Source: Candidatus Avilachnospira avicola
GTDB lineage: Bacteria > Bacillota > Clostridia > Lachnospirales > Lachnospiraceae
Assembly (NCBI GenBank): GCA_018714245.1
Contig: DVNQ01000044.1
Span: 1,897 to 65,896 of the forward strand
Reading direction: 5' to 3'
DNA: 64,000 nucleotides
Within the stretch, counting starts at the first letter, position 1. The number at the start of each line of letters is the position of its first letter. Under the pieces are notes generated by a model that saw only the letters and a program-made list of their open reading frames with translations, was not told the DNA's origin and searched no databases. Below are positions 1 to 9,665 of the stretch, piece after piece. Made by a program: the position numbers and the translations under genes.

Positions 1-724
1 AGCTCTCCAGAAGGGCCTGCTCTTCAGGTCTCTTCTTGGTAAGCTGCGCTGCAGCCACCATGGGAAGCCAGTCCTGGACATACTTCTTCTTGGTCTCTGT
101 CTTTTCGCAGAACCTGTCCAGATACCAGTCTGCCGCCTCCATGTCAGAGAGAGCCAGTATCAGATAGGTACGTGCGATGTCCGCAGAAGCATTTCCCTTG
201 GTAGCATGTACCCAGTCGATAATATGGTAGTTTCCATCCTTGTCAACTATTATGTTGGAGGGCCTGAAATCTCCGTGGCAGAGCTTTGTATGAAGGGGAA
301 CACCCTGAAGCCTCATTAGAAGCTCGTATCTTGTAGCGTCATCAATGCCATTCAGATCATTTATCTGCTGCTGCATCTTGAGCTTAAGCTGACGGAGCCT
401 GTGGGCCCTGTAGTTGTGGATCTTGAGCTGAAGGTCCAGCATGGTCTCAAGGTACTCATACTTCTTTTCGGGAGATTCCTTCATAAGCTCCAGAAGGGTC
501 TTGCCTTCCACATATTCCCTTATGATGGTCCATCTTCCGTCTCTCTGCTCTATCCCGAGTACCTTGGGCACGGATGCGCCTACTATATCCTCGACCCTGG
601 AATTGATGAAGGCGTCATTGAACACCTCATCCTTAGGAAATCCCTCCACGAATTCGATATATACCTTGTCCCCGTCTCTGTATATACTCTTCGCGGCTGA
701 CTTTGAAATAAGTTCTTTTGCCAT
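1..724 (-). CDS. APH/choline-kinase-like phosphotransferase (protein-kinase-like fold), 3' end cut by window edge
   Basis: Not in the ORF track because it runs off the window. The reverse complement of 702-735 reads GGAGGTTAAAA-ATG GCA AAA GAA. My translation is MAKELISKSAAKSIYRDGDKVYIEF...LCHGDFRPSNIIVDKDGNYHIIDWVHA, with the HGDxxxxN catalytic loop and a downstream IDW metal-binding motif. It starts 21 nt after the adhE stop. Confidence 0.7.
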   Translation of the reverse strand, partial: MAKELISKSAAKSIYRDGDKVYIEFVEGFPKDEVFNDAFINSRVEDIVGASVPKVLGIEQRDGRWTIIREYVEGKTLLELMKESPEKKYEYLETMLDLQLKIHNYRAHRLRQLKLKMQQQINDLNGIDDATRYELLMRLQGVPLHTKLCHGDFRPSNIIVDKDGNYHIIDWVHATKGNASADIARTYLILALSDMEAADWYLDRFCEKTETKKKYVQDWLPMVAAAQLTKKRPEEQALLES

Positions 725-745
725 TTTTAACCTCCGTTCAATACA

Positions 746-3370
746 TTATGAAAGCGCGGGCTCCTCATACTTCTTTCCGTAATATGCCATAAGATAGATA
801 GCCTTGATCTCACTCATAAGAGGATATCTGGGGTTGGCTCCAGTACACTGATCGTCGAAGGCATTCTCCGTCATCTCATCAAGTGTGGCAAGGAAATCCT
901 TCTCATCTATGCCATATTCAGCAATGCTGTCCTTTATGCCGATGGCATGCTTAAGATCAGTAAGCTTATCAAGGAACTTCTTAAATACCTCCTTATCATC
1001 CTTTCCGGTAACTCCGCAGGCTCTTGCTGCCTGAGCATAGCGCTCAAGAGTGTGAGGATGATCGTACTGAGGGAAGGTTCCCATCTTTACGGGCTTATCA
1101 TAGGCATTGAACTGCATCACATAATTGATAAGCAGTGCATTTGCAACGCCGTGAGGCAGATGGTGGTAAGCTCCAAGCTTGTGGGCCATGGAATGGCAGA
1201 TGCCAAGGAAGGCATTTGCGAAAGCCATTCCTGCCATGGTGGAAGCATTTGCCATATGGTCACGGGCCTCCACATTGTCTCCATGCTCATATGCCGTAGG
1301 CAGATATCTGAATATCTCCTGCATTGCCTCGACTGCAAGGGCGTCCGTATAAGGAGTCGCCATCATGGATGCATATGCCTCAAGGGCATGGGTCATGGCA
1401 TCTATTCCAGATGCACTGGTAAGTCCCTTGGGCTGGGTCATCATGTTGTCTGTATCGATGATGGCCATGTTGGGCATAAGCTCATAGTCAGTGATAGGAT
1501 ACTTTACTCCCGTGCTCTCATCGGTTATAACCGCAAAGGGAGTAACCTCAGATCCTGTACCTGAAGATGTGGGAATGGCAACGAAGTAAACCTTTTCTCC
1601 CATCTTGGGGAAGGTGTAGACCTTCTTACGGATATCTATATAGCGCATTGCCATGTCTGAGAATTCTGCATCGGGATGCTCATAAAGGAGCCACATGATC
1701 TTTCCCGCATCCATTGCAGAACCGCCGCCGTAGGCGATCATGCAGTCAGGCTTGAAGCTCTCCATGGCCTGAACTCCTGCACGGGCATTGGCAAGAGTGG
1801 GATCAGGCTGTACATCCGAAAATACGGTATACTGGATTCCCATCTCGGAAAGCTTCTCCTCGATCGGCCTTGTGAAGCCGTTCTCAAAGAGGAAGCGGTC
1901 AGTAACTATGAAGCATTTCTTCTTTCCGTAATAGCTGCCGAGCTCATCAAGTGCTACCGGCATGCAGCCCTTCTTGAAATATACCTTCTGGGGCGTCTTG
2001 AACCAAAGCATGTTTTCTCTCCTCTCGGCTACCTTCTTATAATTCAAAAGATGCTTTATGCCTACGTTGTCAGAAACTGAGTTTCCTCCCCAGGATCCGC
2101 AGCCAAGGGTAAGTGAAGGAGCAAGCTTGAAGTTGTAAAGGTCTCCGATACCGCCGTGTGAGGAAGGAGTATTGATAAGTATACGGCAGGCCTTCATGGC
2201 CTCGTAATGCTTCTCTATCTTTTCATGCTCATTTGTATTTATATAGAGGGAAGCCGTGTGTCCATAGCCTCCGTCAGCCACAAGCCTCTCAGCCTTCTGA
2301 AGAGCCTCATCAAAGGTCTTGGCCTTATACATGGCAAGTACGGGAGACAGCTTCTCATGAGCAAATTCCTCAGAAGGATCAACTGACTCAACTTCCCCGA
2401 TAAGGACTTTCGTATCCTTGGGAACCTCCACACCTGCAAGCTCTGCGATAGTATGAGCCTTCTGTCCTACTATCTTTGCATTGAGTGAACCGTTTATGAT
2501 GATGGTCTTTCTTACCTTGTCAAGCTCTTTACCCTTAAGGAAATAGCAGCCCCTCTTTATGAACTCTTCCTTGACTCTGTCATATATGGGTGCAAGGACG
2601 GTCACTGACTGTTCGGAAGCACAGATCATTCCGTTATCAAAGGTCTTTGAGTGGATGATACTGCTGACAGCAAGCTCAATATCTGCTGTTTCATCGATTA
2701 TGACCGGAGTATTTCCAGCTCCAACACCAAGTGCGGGCTTACCCGAAGAATATGCAGCATGTACCATGCCAGGGCCGCCGGTTGCCAGGATGCAGTCAGC
2801 TTCCTTCATGATCTCACCGGAAAGCTCCATGGTGGGAACATCTATCCAGGCGATGATATCCTCAGGGGCGCCTGCCTTTACCGCTGCATCAAGAACTATC
2901 CTTGCTGCCTCAATGGTACATTTCTTTGCCCTGGGATGGGGAGAAATGATGATCGCATTTCTGGTCTTAAGAGCGATAAGCGCCTTGAATATGGCAGTTG
3001 AAGTAGGATTGGTGGTAGGTATTACTGCGGCAAGTACGCCGAGAGGTTCTGCTACTACCTTGTAGCCGAAAGCCTTGTCATCCTCGATCACTCCGCAGGT
3101 CCTGACATTCTTGTAGGCATTGTAGATATACTCGGCAGCGTAGTTGTTCTTGATCACCTTGTCCTCAACCACACCCATGCCGGTCTCCTCCACAGCCATC
3201 TTTGCCAGAGGGATCCTCTGTGCATTGGCTGCCAGAGCAGCGGCTCTGAATATCCTGTCTACCTGCTCCTGAGTATAGGTGGAATATCTCTGCTGGGCTT
3301 CACGCACTTTAGCAAGCTTTGCCTGAAGCGCCTCCAGACTATCCACCAGGGCAACTTTCTTTTCAGCCAT
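746..3370 (-). CDS. adhE: Bifunctional acetaldehyde-CoA/alcohol dehydrogenase
   Basis: 874-aa ORF with an N-terminal aldehyde dehydrogenase half and a C-terminal iron-type alcohol dehydrogenase half (GGGSAMDAGK, HSMAHKLGAYHHLPHG). A GGAGG RBS lies just upstream of the ATG. Confidence 0.97.
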   Translation of the reverse strand: MAEKKVALVDSLEALQAKLAKVREAQQRYSTYTQEQVDRIFRAAALAANAQRIPLAKMAVEETGMGVVEDKVIKNNYAAEYIYNAYKNVRTCGVIEDDKAFGYKVVAEPLGVLAAVIPTTNPTSTAIFKALIALKTRNAIIISPHPRAKKCTIEAARIVLDAAVKAGAPEDIIAWIDVPTMELSGEIMKEADCILATGGPGMVHAAYSSGKPALGVGAGNTPVIIDETADIELAVSSIIHSKTFDNGMICASEQSVTVLAPIYDRVKEEFIKRGCYFLKGKELDKVRKTIIINGSLNAKIVGQKAHTIAELAGVEVPKDTKVLIGEVESVDPSEEFAHEKLSPVLAMYKAKTFDEALQKAERLVADGGYGHTASLYINTNEHEKIEKHYEAMKACRILINTPSSHGGIGDLYNFKLAPSLTLGCGSWGGNSVSDNVGIKHLLNYKKVAERRENMLWFKTPQKVYFKKGCMPVALDELGSYYGKKKCFIVTDRFLFENGFTRPIEEKLSEMGIQYTVFSDVQPDPTLANARAGVQAMESFKPDCMIAYGGGSAMDAGKIMWLLYEHPDAEFSDMAMRYIDIRKKVYTFPKMGEKVYFVAIPTSSGTGSEVTPFAVITDESTGVKYPITDYELMPNMAIIDTDNMMTQPKGLTSASGIDAMTHALEAYASMMATPYTDALAVEAMQEIFRYLPTAYEHGDNVEARDHMANASTMAGMAFANAFLGICHSMAHKLGAYHHLPHGVANALLINYVMQFNAYDKPVKMGTFPQYDHPHTLERYAQAARACGVTGKDDKEVFKKFLDKLTDLKHAIGIKDSIAEYGIDEKDFLATLDEMTENAFDDQCTGANPRYPLMSEIKAIYLMAYYGKKYEEPALS

Positions 3371-3430
3371 GTTTTACCTCCATAATGTTTTACAGGGAAT
3401 TATTGTTATTTTTTTAACGATTACATGAAG

Positions 3431-3459
3431 ATATTAGCATATCGTTATTTATTTGTCAA
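3431..3459 (-). promoter_or_regulatory. Sigma-A type promoter for adhE
   Basis: The minus strand reads TTGACA-17 nt-TAATAT, about 60 nt upstream of the adhE ATG. Confidence 0.6.
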
Positions 3460-3541
3460 TGTTGAAAAGCTGCCAAAATCAAAGTCTGTGGAATACGGCA
3501 AAAAACCATTGAAGGATCGATATTTTTTTGTCATATATAGC

Positions 3542-3567
3542 AAAACCCCGAAGCCAAAGCTTCGGGG
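3542..3567 (-). terminator. Rho-independent terminator after ftsZ
   Basis: The minus strand reads CCCCGAAGC-TTTG-GCTTCGGGG followed by TTTT, 15 nt after the ftsZ stop. Confidence 0.7.
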
Positions 3568-3581
3568 CAATGATCACATTA

Positions 3582-4847
3582 TTACTTTCTGTTCTTAAGG
3601 AAATCAGGGATATTGATGGTCATCTCTTTATTGACCTGAGGCCTGAAGGGCTGCTGTCCATCATTGGCCTGCTCTCTCTCCTGTGAAGGAGCCTGCTGCT
3701 CTCCTCTGCTGAATCCAAAATCCACTCTGGGACCCTCTGCTGAAGGCCTTCTCTGCTGACTCTGGGGAAATCCCTGTAGTCCTCCCCGGTTCTGGGAAGG
3801 AAGGGTGGGCCTGAATCCGCCTGCAGTCTGATATCCCGCATTGCCGGACATCTCCTGAGCCCCGGTTCTCCTGGGCCTCTTCTGCTCCTCCTGTCTGGGC
3901 TCCGAGATACCGGTAGCCATAACGGTTATTGTGCACTCATCCTGAGCCTTCTCATCAAAGATGGCTCCGAAGATGATGTTGGCGTTCTCGCCGGCAAGCT
4001 CTTCAACATAGCTTGCAGCCTCATTTGCCTCGATCAGTGAAATGTCTCCGGATACATTGATGATAACATCCGTAGCTCCCTCAATGGAGGTCTCAAGCAG
4101 AGGTGATGCCACAGCCTGCTTTACTGCCTCTATGGCCTTGTCGTCTCCCTTTGCCTTTCCGATACCTATATGGGCAACGCCCTTGTCCTTCATGACGGTC
4201 TGGACATCCGCAAAGTCCAGATTGATAAGACCGGGAACATTGATCAGATCCGTGATGCCTGTAACTGCCTGCAGCAGTACTTCATCGGCCTTCTTAAGGG
4301 CCTCCGGCATGGTGGTACGTCTGTCAACCAGCTCAAGAAGCTTGTCGTTGGGGATAACGATGAGCGAATCCACGTTATCCTTAAGCTTGTTGATGCCGTT
4401 TATCGCATTGGTCATACGCTGCTTTGCTTCAAAACGGAATGGCTTGGTAACAATGGCTACCGTAAGGACACCCATGTCCTTGGCAAGCTTTGCAATAACG
4501 GGAGTAGCTCCCGTACCGGTTCCTCCGCCCATACCGCAGGTAACGAATACCATATCCGCTCCCTTGAGTATCTGCTGTATGTCCTCTGAGCTCTCCTCAG
4601 CTGCTTTTTCTCCTACCTCAGGGCGTGCGCCTGCGCCAAGTCCCTTGGTAAGCTTTTCTCCGATCTGTATAAGTGTAGGCGCCTTGCAGAACTGAAGGGC
4701 CTGTTTATCTGAATTGACTCCAACAAATTCGACTCCGGCCACGTTTTCATCAATCATACGATTGACTGCATTGTTACCGGCTCCGCCAATGCCGACTACG
4801 ATGATCCTCGCAGCAGCCTCTGCTTCCGGAATCTTTATTTCCAACAT
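3582..4847 (-). CDS. ftsZ: Cell division protein FtsZ
   Basis: Tubulin signature GGGTGTG ([17 protein letters not shown]). The ORF-track start at 4910 is trimmed to the ATG at 4847 (MLEIKIPE...), which is preceded by GAGGAAGG. The C-terminal linker is long and rich in Q/P/R/G. Confidence 0.96.
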   Translation of the reverse strand: MLEIKIPEAEAAARIIVVGIGGAGNNAVNRMIDENVAGVEFVGVNSDKQALQFCKAPTLIQIGEKLTKGLGAGARPEVGEKAAEESSEDIQQILKGADMVFVTCGMGGGTGTGATPVIAKLAKDMGVLTVAIVTKPFRFEAKQRMTNAINGINKLKDNVDSLIVIPNDKLLELVDRRTTMPEALKKADEVLLQAVTGITDLINVPGLINLDFADVQTVMKDKGVAHIGIGKAKGDDKAIEAVKQAVASPLLETSIEGATDVIINVSGDISLIEANEAASYVEELAGENANIIFGAIFDEKAQDECTITVMATGISEPRQEEQKRPRRTGAQEMSGNAGYQTAGGFRPTLPSQNRGGLQGFPQSQQRRPSAEGPRVDFGFSRGEQQAPSQEREQANDGQQPFRPQVNKEMTINIPDFLKNRK

Positions 4848-4881
4848 CTTGTTACCGCCTTCCTCTAATAAACTCTTTATA

Positions 4882-4910
4882 AATATAAGCCCTGTAAAAA
4901 CATTTTTCAA
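4882..4910 (-). promoter_or_regulatory. Sigma-A type promoter directly upstream of ftsZ
   Basis: The minus strand reads TTGAAA-17 nt-TATATT inside the 94-nt ftsQ-ftsZ spacer. Confidence 0.55.
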
Positions 4911-4941
4911 GCACTTTCATCCGGCAAATATTACGAATTTC

Positions 4942-5739
4942 TTACCCGAGCTTAAAGCTGACATCTCCGTCTCCGCTGGTCTCGCTGTAGGAAGAGAGAT
5001 CCAGGGTCCCGCAAAGTCCTCTCTCAAGGATGTTGGGAAGCATGTCGCTGAGCGCAAGGAGCTTTGCGTCTATATCCCTGTTCGGGCCAAGTTCCACCTT
5101 CACCTCTGCATCCGTCAGCACCACTGCTGCATTGCCCGATGCATCAAATTCTATAAGATCACTGTTTATGCCGTGGGCATCCAGCTGCTGGGTTATGTTC
5201 ATGATCTCGGAAAATACATCCTCATCTTCTATGGGAAGCTTCTGATTAAGTACTATATGCCCGAACTCAAGGCCCCTTATCTCAGGGATGCCGGGAAGCT
5301 TTTCCCCGCTGTTTTCCACGACGATACCGTCCATGTCGAAATACATATAGCTGCTCATGAAGCGAAGACAGCCCACGATGTTCTTTTCATATACTATCAG
5401 ATCACAGGAAAACGGGCTGTGAAACCTTATGTCATAATCCTGTATAAAGGGAAGCTCCTTATGTTCAAGGAATCTGTCCTCAATAAAGCAGACTATTGGG
5501 TTCAGGTCATATACATCATCAAATATGAGGTCCGTTATCTCTTCTTCCGTATACCTGCTGTTGCCGATCACATTGATATCCGTGATCCTAAGGCTCATGG
5601 CCACAAGCACCAAAAGTATAAGGAGTATGAGAGACCATATCCGGAGCCATCTTCCGGGCCCCTGTCTCTCATCCTCCCAGTCATCATCCCTTCCGGGCAT
5701 TCCATCCGTATCCGGTTTTTCAAAACGGTAAACTTCCAA
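4942..5739 (-). CDS. ftsQ: Cell division protein FtsQ/DivIB (POTRA domain)
   Basis: One N-terminal TM helix followed by a POTRA-like ITDINVIGNSRYTEEEI segment. It sits between ftsW and ftsZ. The start is a TTG at 5739 with AAGGAA upstream. Confidence 0.8.
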   Translation of the reverse strand: MEVYRFEKPDTDGMPGRDDDWEDERQGPGRWLRIWSLILLILLVLVAMSLRITDINVIGNSRYTEEEITDLIFDDVYDLNPIVCFIEDRFLEHKELPFIQDYDIRFHSPFSCDLIVYEKNIVGCLRFMSSYMYFDMDGIVVENSGEKLPGIPEIRGLEFGHIVLNQKLPIEDEDVFSEIMNITQQLDAHGINSDLIEFDASGNAAVVLTDAEVKVELGPNRDIDAKLLALSDMLPNILERGLCGTLDLSSYSETSGDGDVSFKLG

Positions 5740-5755
5740 ATATCAGTTTCCTTTG

Positions 5756-7237
5756 TCAGTCAGTATATATCTCATGGGATACGGCAAGGGCCATGCCCAT
5801 CTCCGCCATCGTAAAGAACACCGCAGAGCCTCCGTAACTTATAAACGGAAGGGTGACTCCGGTATTCGGCATCGCACCAGTGACCACGGCAATATTAAAT
5901 ATGACCTGAATGCTTATATGGGCCATGATGCCTACGCAGATCATGGATCCGAACATATCCCTTGCATAGCGGGCGATATCCGCAAGCCTTATGATGATGA
6001 AAACATATATCAGCACCACCGCACAGGCTCCGACAAATCCCAGCTCCTCACATATGATTGAGAAGATCATGTCGTTCTGGGCCTCGGGAAGGGCACCGAA
6101 TTTCTGGATACTCTCTCCAAGCCCCTGGCCCGTAAGGCCGCCTGAGCCTATGGCATAAAGGCCCTGTAGGGTCTGGTAGGCATCATCCGGGAACCTGTCA
6201 GGAGCCGCCCATGCAAGTATCCTTCTGATCCTGTAGTTTATGGAATCTATATTTGTGATATCCAGAGAATCAATGACGTAAGCCATGAGAGGCTTGGCAA
6301 ATATGATGCAGAGCAGCCCCAGCACTCCCAGGATAACGAATGCCTTCCAGTTTTTGCAGGCAACAAAGTACATTACAAAGCATATGCCCGCCATGATTAT
6401 GCCGGAGCTCAGATTCTCCAGGGTTATCAGGACTATGGGAACAGATACGGCGCCCCAGATCCTCAGGCCATTTCTTACTCTCCCGACTGCAAAGCCGTAT
6501 TTTGAGCAGATATATGCCATGAACATGATGAGGGCTATCTTTCCCACCTCCGCCGTCTGGAGTGAGATGCCGAAGATGTTCAGCCATCTGGTAGCACCGT
6601 GAGATGCCATGCCAAGGAACAGCGTCAGCAGGGTCAGAACTCCGGTCACTATAAGGGCGACCACCGCAAGCTTCTTCATAGCCCAAAGAACAAAGGTGGA
6701 AAATACCGAACAGAAAAGTACGATCACAAGCCCGGCCCCGCCTATGATGAGCTGTCTCTTGAAATAATAATCATGGGGCTGGCCATCCATCATGGCAGTA
6801 TACTGGGAGCTTGAATATACCATAAGAAGTCCCAGCGTAAAGATCATGACCACAGCTATGAGAAGATAAAAATCATAGTAGCGTCTTATCCTCTCGGCAG
6901 GTTTTGCTGCAGCTGCTGCCCCATAGGCTCCTTGAGGCTGTCTTACAGGCCTTTTGGCAGGCTTTGTCAAAGCCGGGGCCCGACCCTTCTGATTCTGCCT
7001 CTGTGGCCTTGTCTCTTCCCTCCCCGGCCTGTTTCTGTGTGCATCTATGGAAGTAACGGAGGTCTTTAACATACCGGCTCCAATATCATAGCCGGTTCCC
7101 TGATCCCTGCCCTGCGTCATGGCCGGTTCTGACGTCCTATTGCCGGTCCTTACTCCGCCCCGCTGACGCTTTGCACTGCTTTCAGCATTCTTTCCTGCAG
7201 GGATCTGCTTTCCTCCTTTCTTCTTTCCTTTTTTCAT
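5756..7237 (-). CDS. ftsW: FtsW/RodA/SpoVE-family peptidoglycan polymerase (SEDS)
   Basis: Polytopic SEDS-like core (…GLPEAQNDMIFSIICEELG…TGVTLPFISYGGS). The start is moved to the ATG at 7237, which has AAGGAG 8 nt upstream; the track start at 7243 is a GTG. About 125 aa at the N-terminus form a basic low-complexity extension. Confidence 0.9.
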   Translation of the reverse strand: MKKGKKKGGKQIPAGKNAESSAKRQRGGVRTGNRTSEPAMTQGRDQGTGYDIGAGMLKTSVTSIDAHRNRPGREETRPQRQNQKGRAPALTKPAKRPVRQPQGAYGAAAAAKPAERIRRYYDFYLLIAVVMIFTLGLLMVYSSSQYTAMMDGQPHDYYFKRQLIIGGAGLVIVLFCSVFSTFVLWAMKKLAVVALIVTGVLTLLTLFLGMASHGATRWLNIFGISLQTAEVGKIALIMFMAYICSKYGFAVGRVRNGLRIWGAVSVPIVLITLENLSSGIIMAGICFVMYFVACKNWKAFVILGVLGLLCIIFAKPLMAYVIDSLDITNIDSINYRIRRILAWAAPDRFPDDAYQTLQGLYAIGSGGLTGQGLGESIQKFGALPEAQNDMIFSIICEELGFVGACAVVLIYVFIIIRLADIARYARDMFGSMICVGIMAHISIQVIFNIAVVTGAMPNTGVTLPFISYGGSAVFFTMAEMGMALAVSHEIYTD

Positions 7238-7253
7238 GCACACTACTCCTTAA

Positions 7254-8621
7254 TCAAAGCTCATTTACACATTTCTTGAATATCTCTCCCCGCTGTTCAT
7301 AGTCTTTGAACATATCCCAGCTTGCACAGGCGGGGCTCAGGAGGACATAGTCCCCTTCATCCGCATATGATGCACAGGTCTTTACGGCCTCATCCATATC
7401 ATCTGCGTACATTATATCCGTAAATCCGTATTTTTTACAGCATTCCGCTATCTTGTCCCTGGTCTCCCCAAGCAGTATCAGATATTTCACCTTGCCGGGG
7501 AACAGCTTTACCCAGTCGTCATAGCTGGCATGCTTGTCGTAGCCTCCACCTATAAGAAGCACAGGTCCCGGCATGGCCTTTAATGCCTGGATGGCGGCGT
7601 CGGTATTGGTGCCCTTGGAGTCATTATAATATCTGACTCCGCTCCTTTCCCTTACAAATTCTATTCTGTGCTCCACTGCGGTAAATGCCCTGAGGGCCTT
7701 TACCACGTCAAGGATCGGCACACCCATCTTTATGCCTGCAGCCGCAGCCGCCATGACATTTTCATAATTATGCCGTCCTAAAAGCTTAAGCTCATGTACG
7801 TCCAGAAGTTCGGTCACATTTTTGTCATCCCTCATGAAAATGCCGTCCTCTTCCAGATAGAAGCATTCTCCCTTTTCAGGCCTTTCCTCTCCCGAAGTGA
7901 ACCAGACAACCTTAGGCTTAAGCTCCTTACTGAGTCCGAACTCCCTGAGCACCGGATCATTGTAATTAAGTATGACGAAGTCCTCTTCCGTCTGATTCAT
8001 GGTGATGGCCTTCTTGCATCTTATATAGTTTTCCATGCTTCCATGGCGGTCGAGATGATCAGGAGTTATATTTAATATGGCACTTACTTTCGGATGAAAA
8101 TCCATTATGGTCTCCAGCATGAAGGAGCTGACCTCCACCACCGTCACCGAATCATCCCCGGTCTTAAGCGCTTCTGCAGAGAAGGGCTCTCCGATATTTC
8201 CGGCCACATGCACATCCTCAAAATGAGTCTTTAGTATGGCTCCTATGAGGGCCGTCGTAGTCGTCTTTCCGTTGGTGCCGGTGACCGCACAGAGCTTTCC
8301 CTTGGATGCCTGATAGGCAAGCTCCAGCTCCCCGATCACAGGGATCCCCTCCCGGTCAAGAACCGAGATAAAATCCGCCCTAAGGGGTATGCCCGGACTG
8401 AGGATCGCCAGGTTCACGCCCACAAGCCTTGATCCAAGCAGATCCCCCTTTATGAATTCAACTTCATCCTTCGGCCCGAAGTTCGAAAGCACCGCCTGCT
8501 CATCCGTCTCCGGGTCGCTGTTATAGAGTATGACCTCTCCTCCCATATCCAGTACCATCCTGGCTGCGGAAATGCCGCTTTTCCCGGTACCGGCTATAAA
8601 TATCCTCCTGCTGTCCTGCAT
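7254..8621 (-). CDS. murD: UDP-N-acetylmuramoylalanine--D-glutamate ligase
   Basis: Mur ligase P-loop GTNGKTTT, dcw context, GGAGGG RBS. Confidence 0.95.
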   Translation of the reverse strand: MQDSRRIFIAGTGKSGISAARMVLDMGGEVILYNSDPETDEQAVLSNFGPKDEVEFIKGDLLGSRLVGVNLAILSPGIPLRADFISVLDREGIPVIGELELAYQASKGKLCAVTGTNGKTTTTALIGAILKTHFEDVHVAGNIGEPFSAEALKTGDDSVTVVEVSSFMLETIMDFHPKVSAILNITPDHLDRHGSMENYIRCKKAITMNQTEEDFVILNYNDPVLREFGLSKELKPKVVWFTSGEERPEKGECFYLEEDGIFMRDDKNVTELLDVHELKLLGRHNYENVMAAAAAGIKMGVPILDVVKALRAFTAVEHRIEFVRERSGVRYYNDSKGTNTDAAIQALKAMPGPVLLIGGGYDKHASYDDWVKLFPGKVKYLILLGETRDKIAECCKKYGFTDIMYADDMDEAVKTCASYADEGDYVLLSPACASWDMFKDYEQRGEIFKKCVNEL

Positions 8622-8639
8622 CTTTCCCTCCGAAGATGA

Positions 8640-9653
8640 TCAAATATAAATGACTATGCCGAGCAATGCGAACAGGCCAAGCAGCAGTGTGACTATCGTA
8701 AATGCTGCCACTATCCTGGTCTCTGAATTGCCTGAAAGTTCAAAATGATGGTGGATGGGAGCCATCCTGAAGAATCTCTTCCCTCCGGTCCTCTTGAAGT
8801 AAAGGACCTGTATGATGACTGATACCACCTCAATGAGATATATGAATCCTACTATTATGATATAAAGCTCCATGCCCATGACTACCGCTGCTCCCGCAAC
8901 AAAGCCTCCCAGGGCAAGTGAGCCCGTATCTCCCATAAACACCTTGGCCGGATAGACATTGTAAAGAAGGAATGCCAGAAGGGCCCCGCATACCGAAGCG
9001 GCGGCGATGCTCATGCCTGATCCGAAGATCAGTGCCGCTGCCGCAAAAAAGGCTGCCACTACGGCAGTTACCGAGCCGCAGAGCCCGTCCAGGCCGTCAG
9101 TAAAGTTCACGCCGTTGTCCGTGCCCAGGACCGTAAGAACCACCAGGGGAAGATAGAGATAGATGGGAAGATCCAGGCTGAATACTGCATTTTCTCCCAT
9201 GCCCATAAATGGGATCCATACCCTTCCCCCCGCGCTGCTGTGCGAAAAGGCAAACCAGCCGAAAACCAGGGTCACCGCCAGCTGAAGTATCAGTTTCTGC
9301 AGCGGCTTAAGCCCCTCTGAATGATGTCTTTTGATCTTTATGAAGTCGTCAAGAAAGCCTATCACTCCAAATGCAAAGCTTATGAAAAGTACCAGCAGTG
9401 CCTCACTGTCAAAGCCATATCCCAGAAGGCTCACTGCTATGGCCATGGCCATGCCGAGAACTATGAAAAGCCCTCCCATGGTAGGCGTTCCCTGCTTTTT
9501 CAGATGGGCCTTGGGGCCGTCATCCCTGACCTCCTGGCCGAATTTCAGCCGGTGAAGCATGGGTATGAACCAGGGTGCCAGAAGGCTGGTCATGATAAAT
9601 GCGATAAATAGGGCCGCTATGGTAAATATAAATAATCTGTGATCCATCATCAT
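8640..9653 (-). CDS. mraY: Phospho-N-acetylmuramoyl-pentapeptide transferase
   Basis: 337-aa polytopic protein with MraY-type motifs (GLDGL, MGDTGSLALGG, APIHHHFE). Confidence 0.96.
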   Translation of the reverse strand: MMMDHRLFIFTIAALFIAFIMTSLLAPWFIPMLHRLKFGQEVRDDGPKAHLKKQGTPTMGGLFIVLGMAMAIAVSLLGYGFDSEALLVLFISFAFGVIGFLDDFIKIKRHHSEGLKPLQKLILQLAVTLVFGWFAFSHSSAGGRVWIPFMGMGENAVFSLDLPIYLYLPLVVLTVLGTDNGVNFTDGLDGLCGSVTAVVAAFFAAAALIFGSGMSIAAASVCGALLAFLLYNVYPAKVFMGDTGSLALGGFVAGAAVVMGMELYIIIVGFIYLIEVVSVIIQVLYFKRTGGKRFFRMAPIHHHFELSGNSETRIVAAFTIVTLLLGLFALLGIVIYI

Positions 9654-9665
9654 TTATGCTCCCTG

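Noticed and set aside
4848-4910. N-terminal extensions offered by the ORF track (ftsZ 4910, mraZ 13948, ATP-grasp 42414, ecfT 58726, LysR 54491, ogg 31923, amidohydrolase 52950, gtrA 29682)
   Set aside because: In each case an internal ATG has a proper Shine-Dalgarno sequence and gives the family-typical N-terminus. The extension would overlap the upstream gene or contain the RBS itself.
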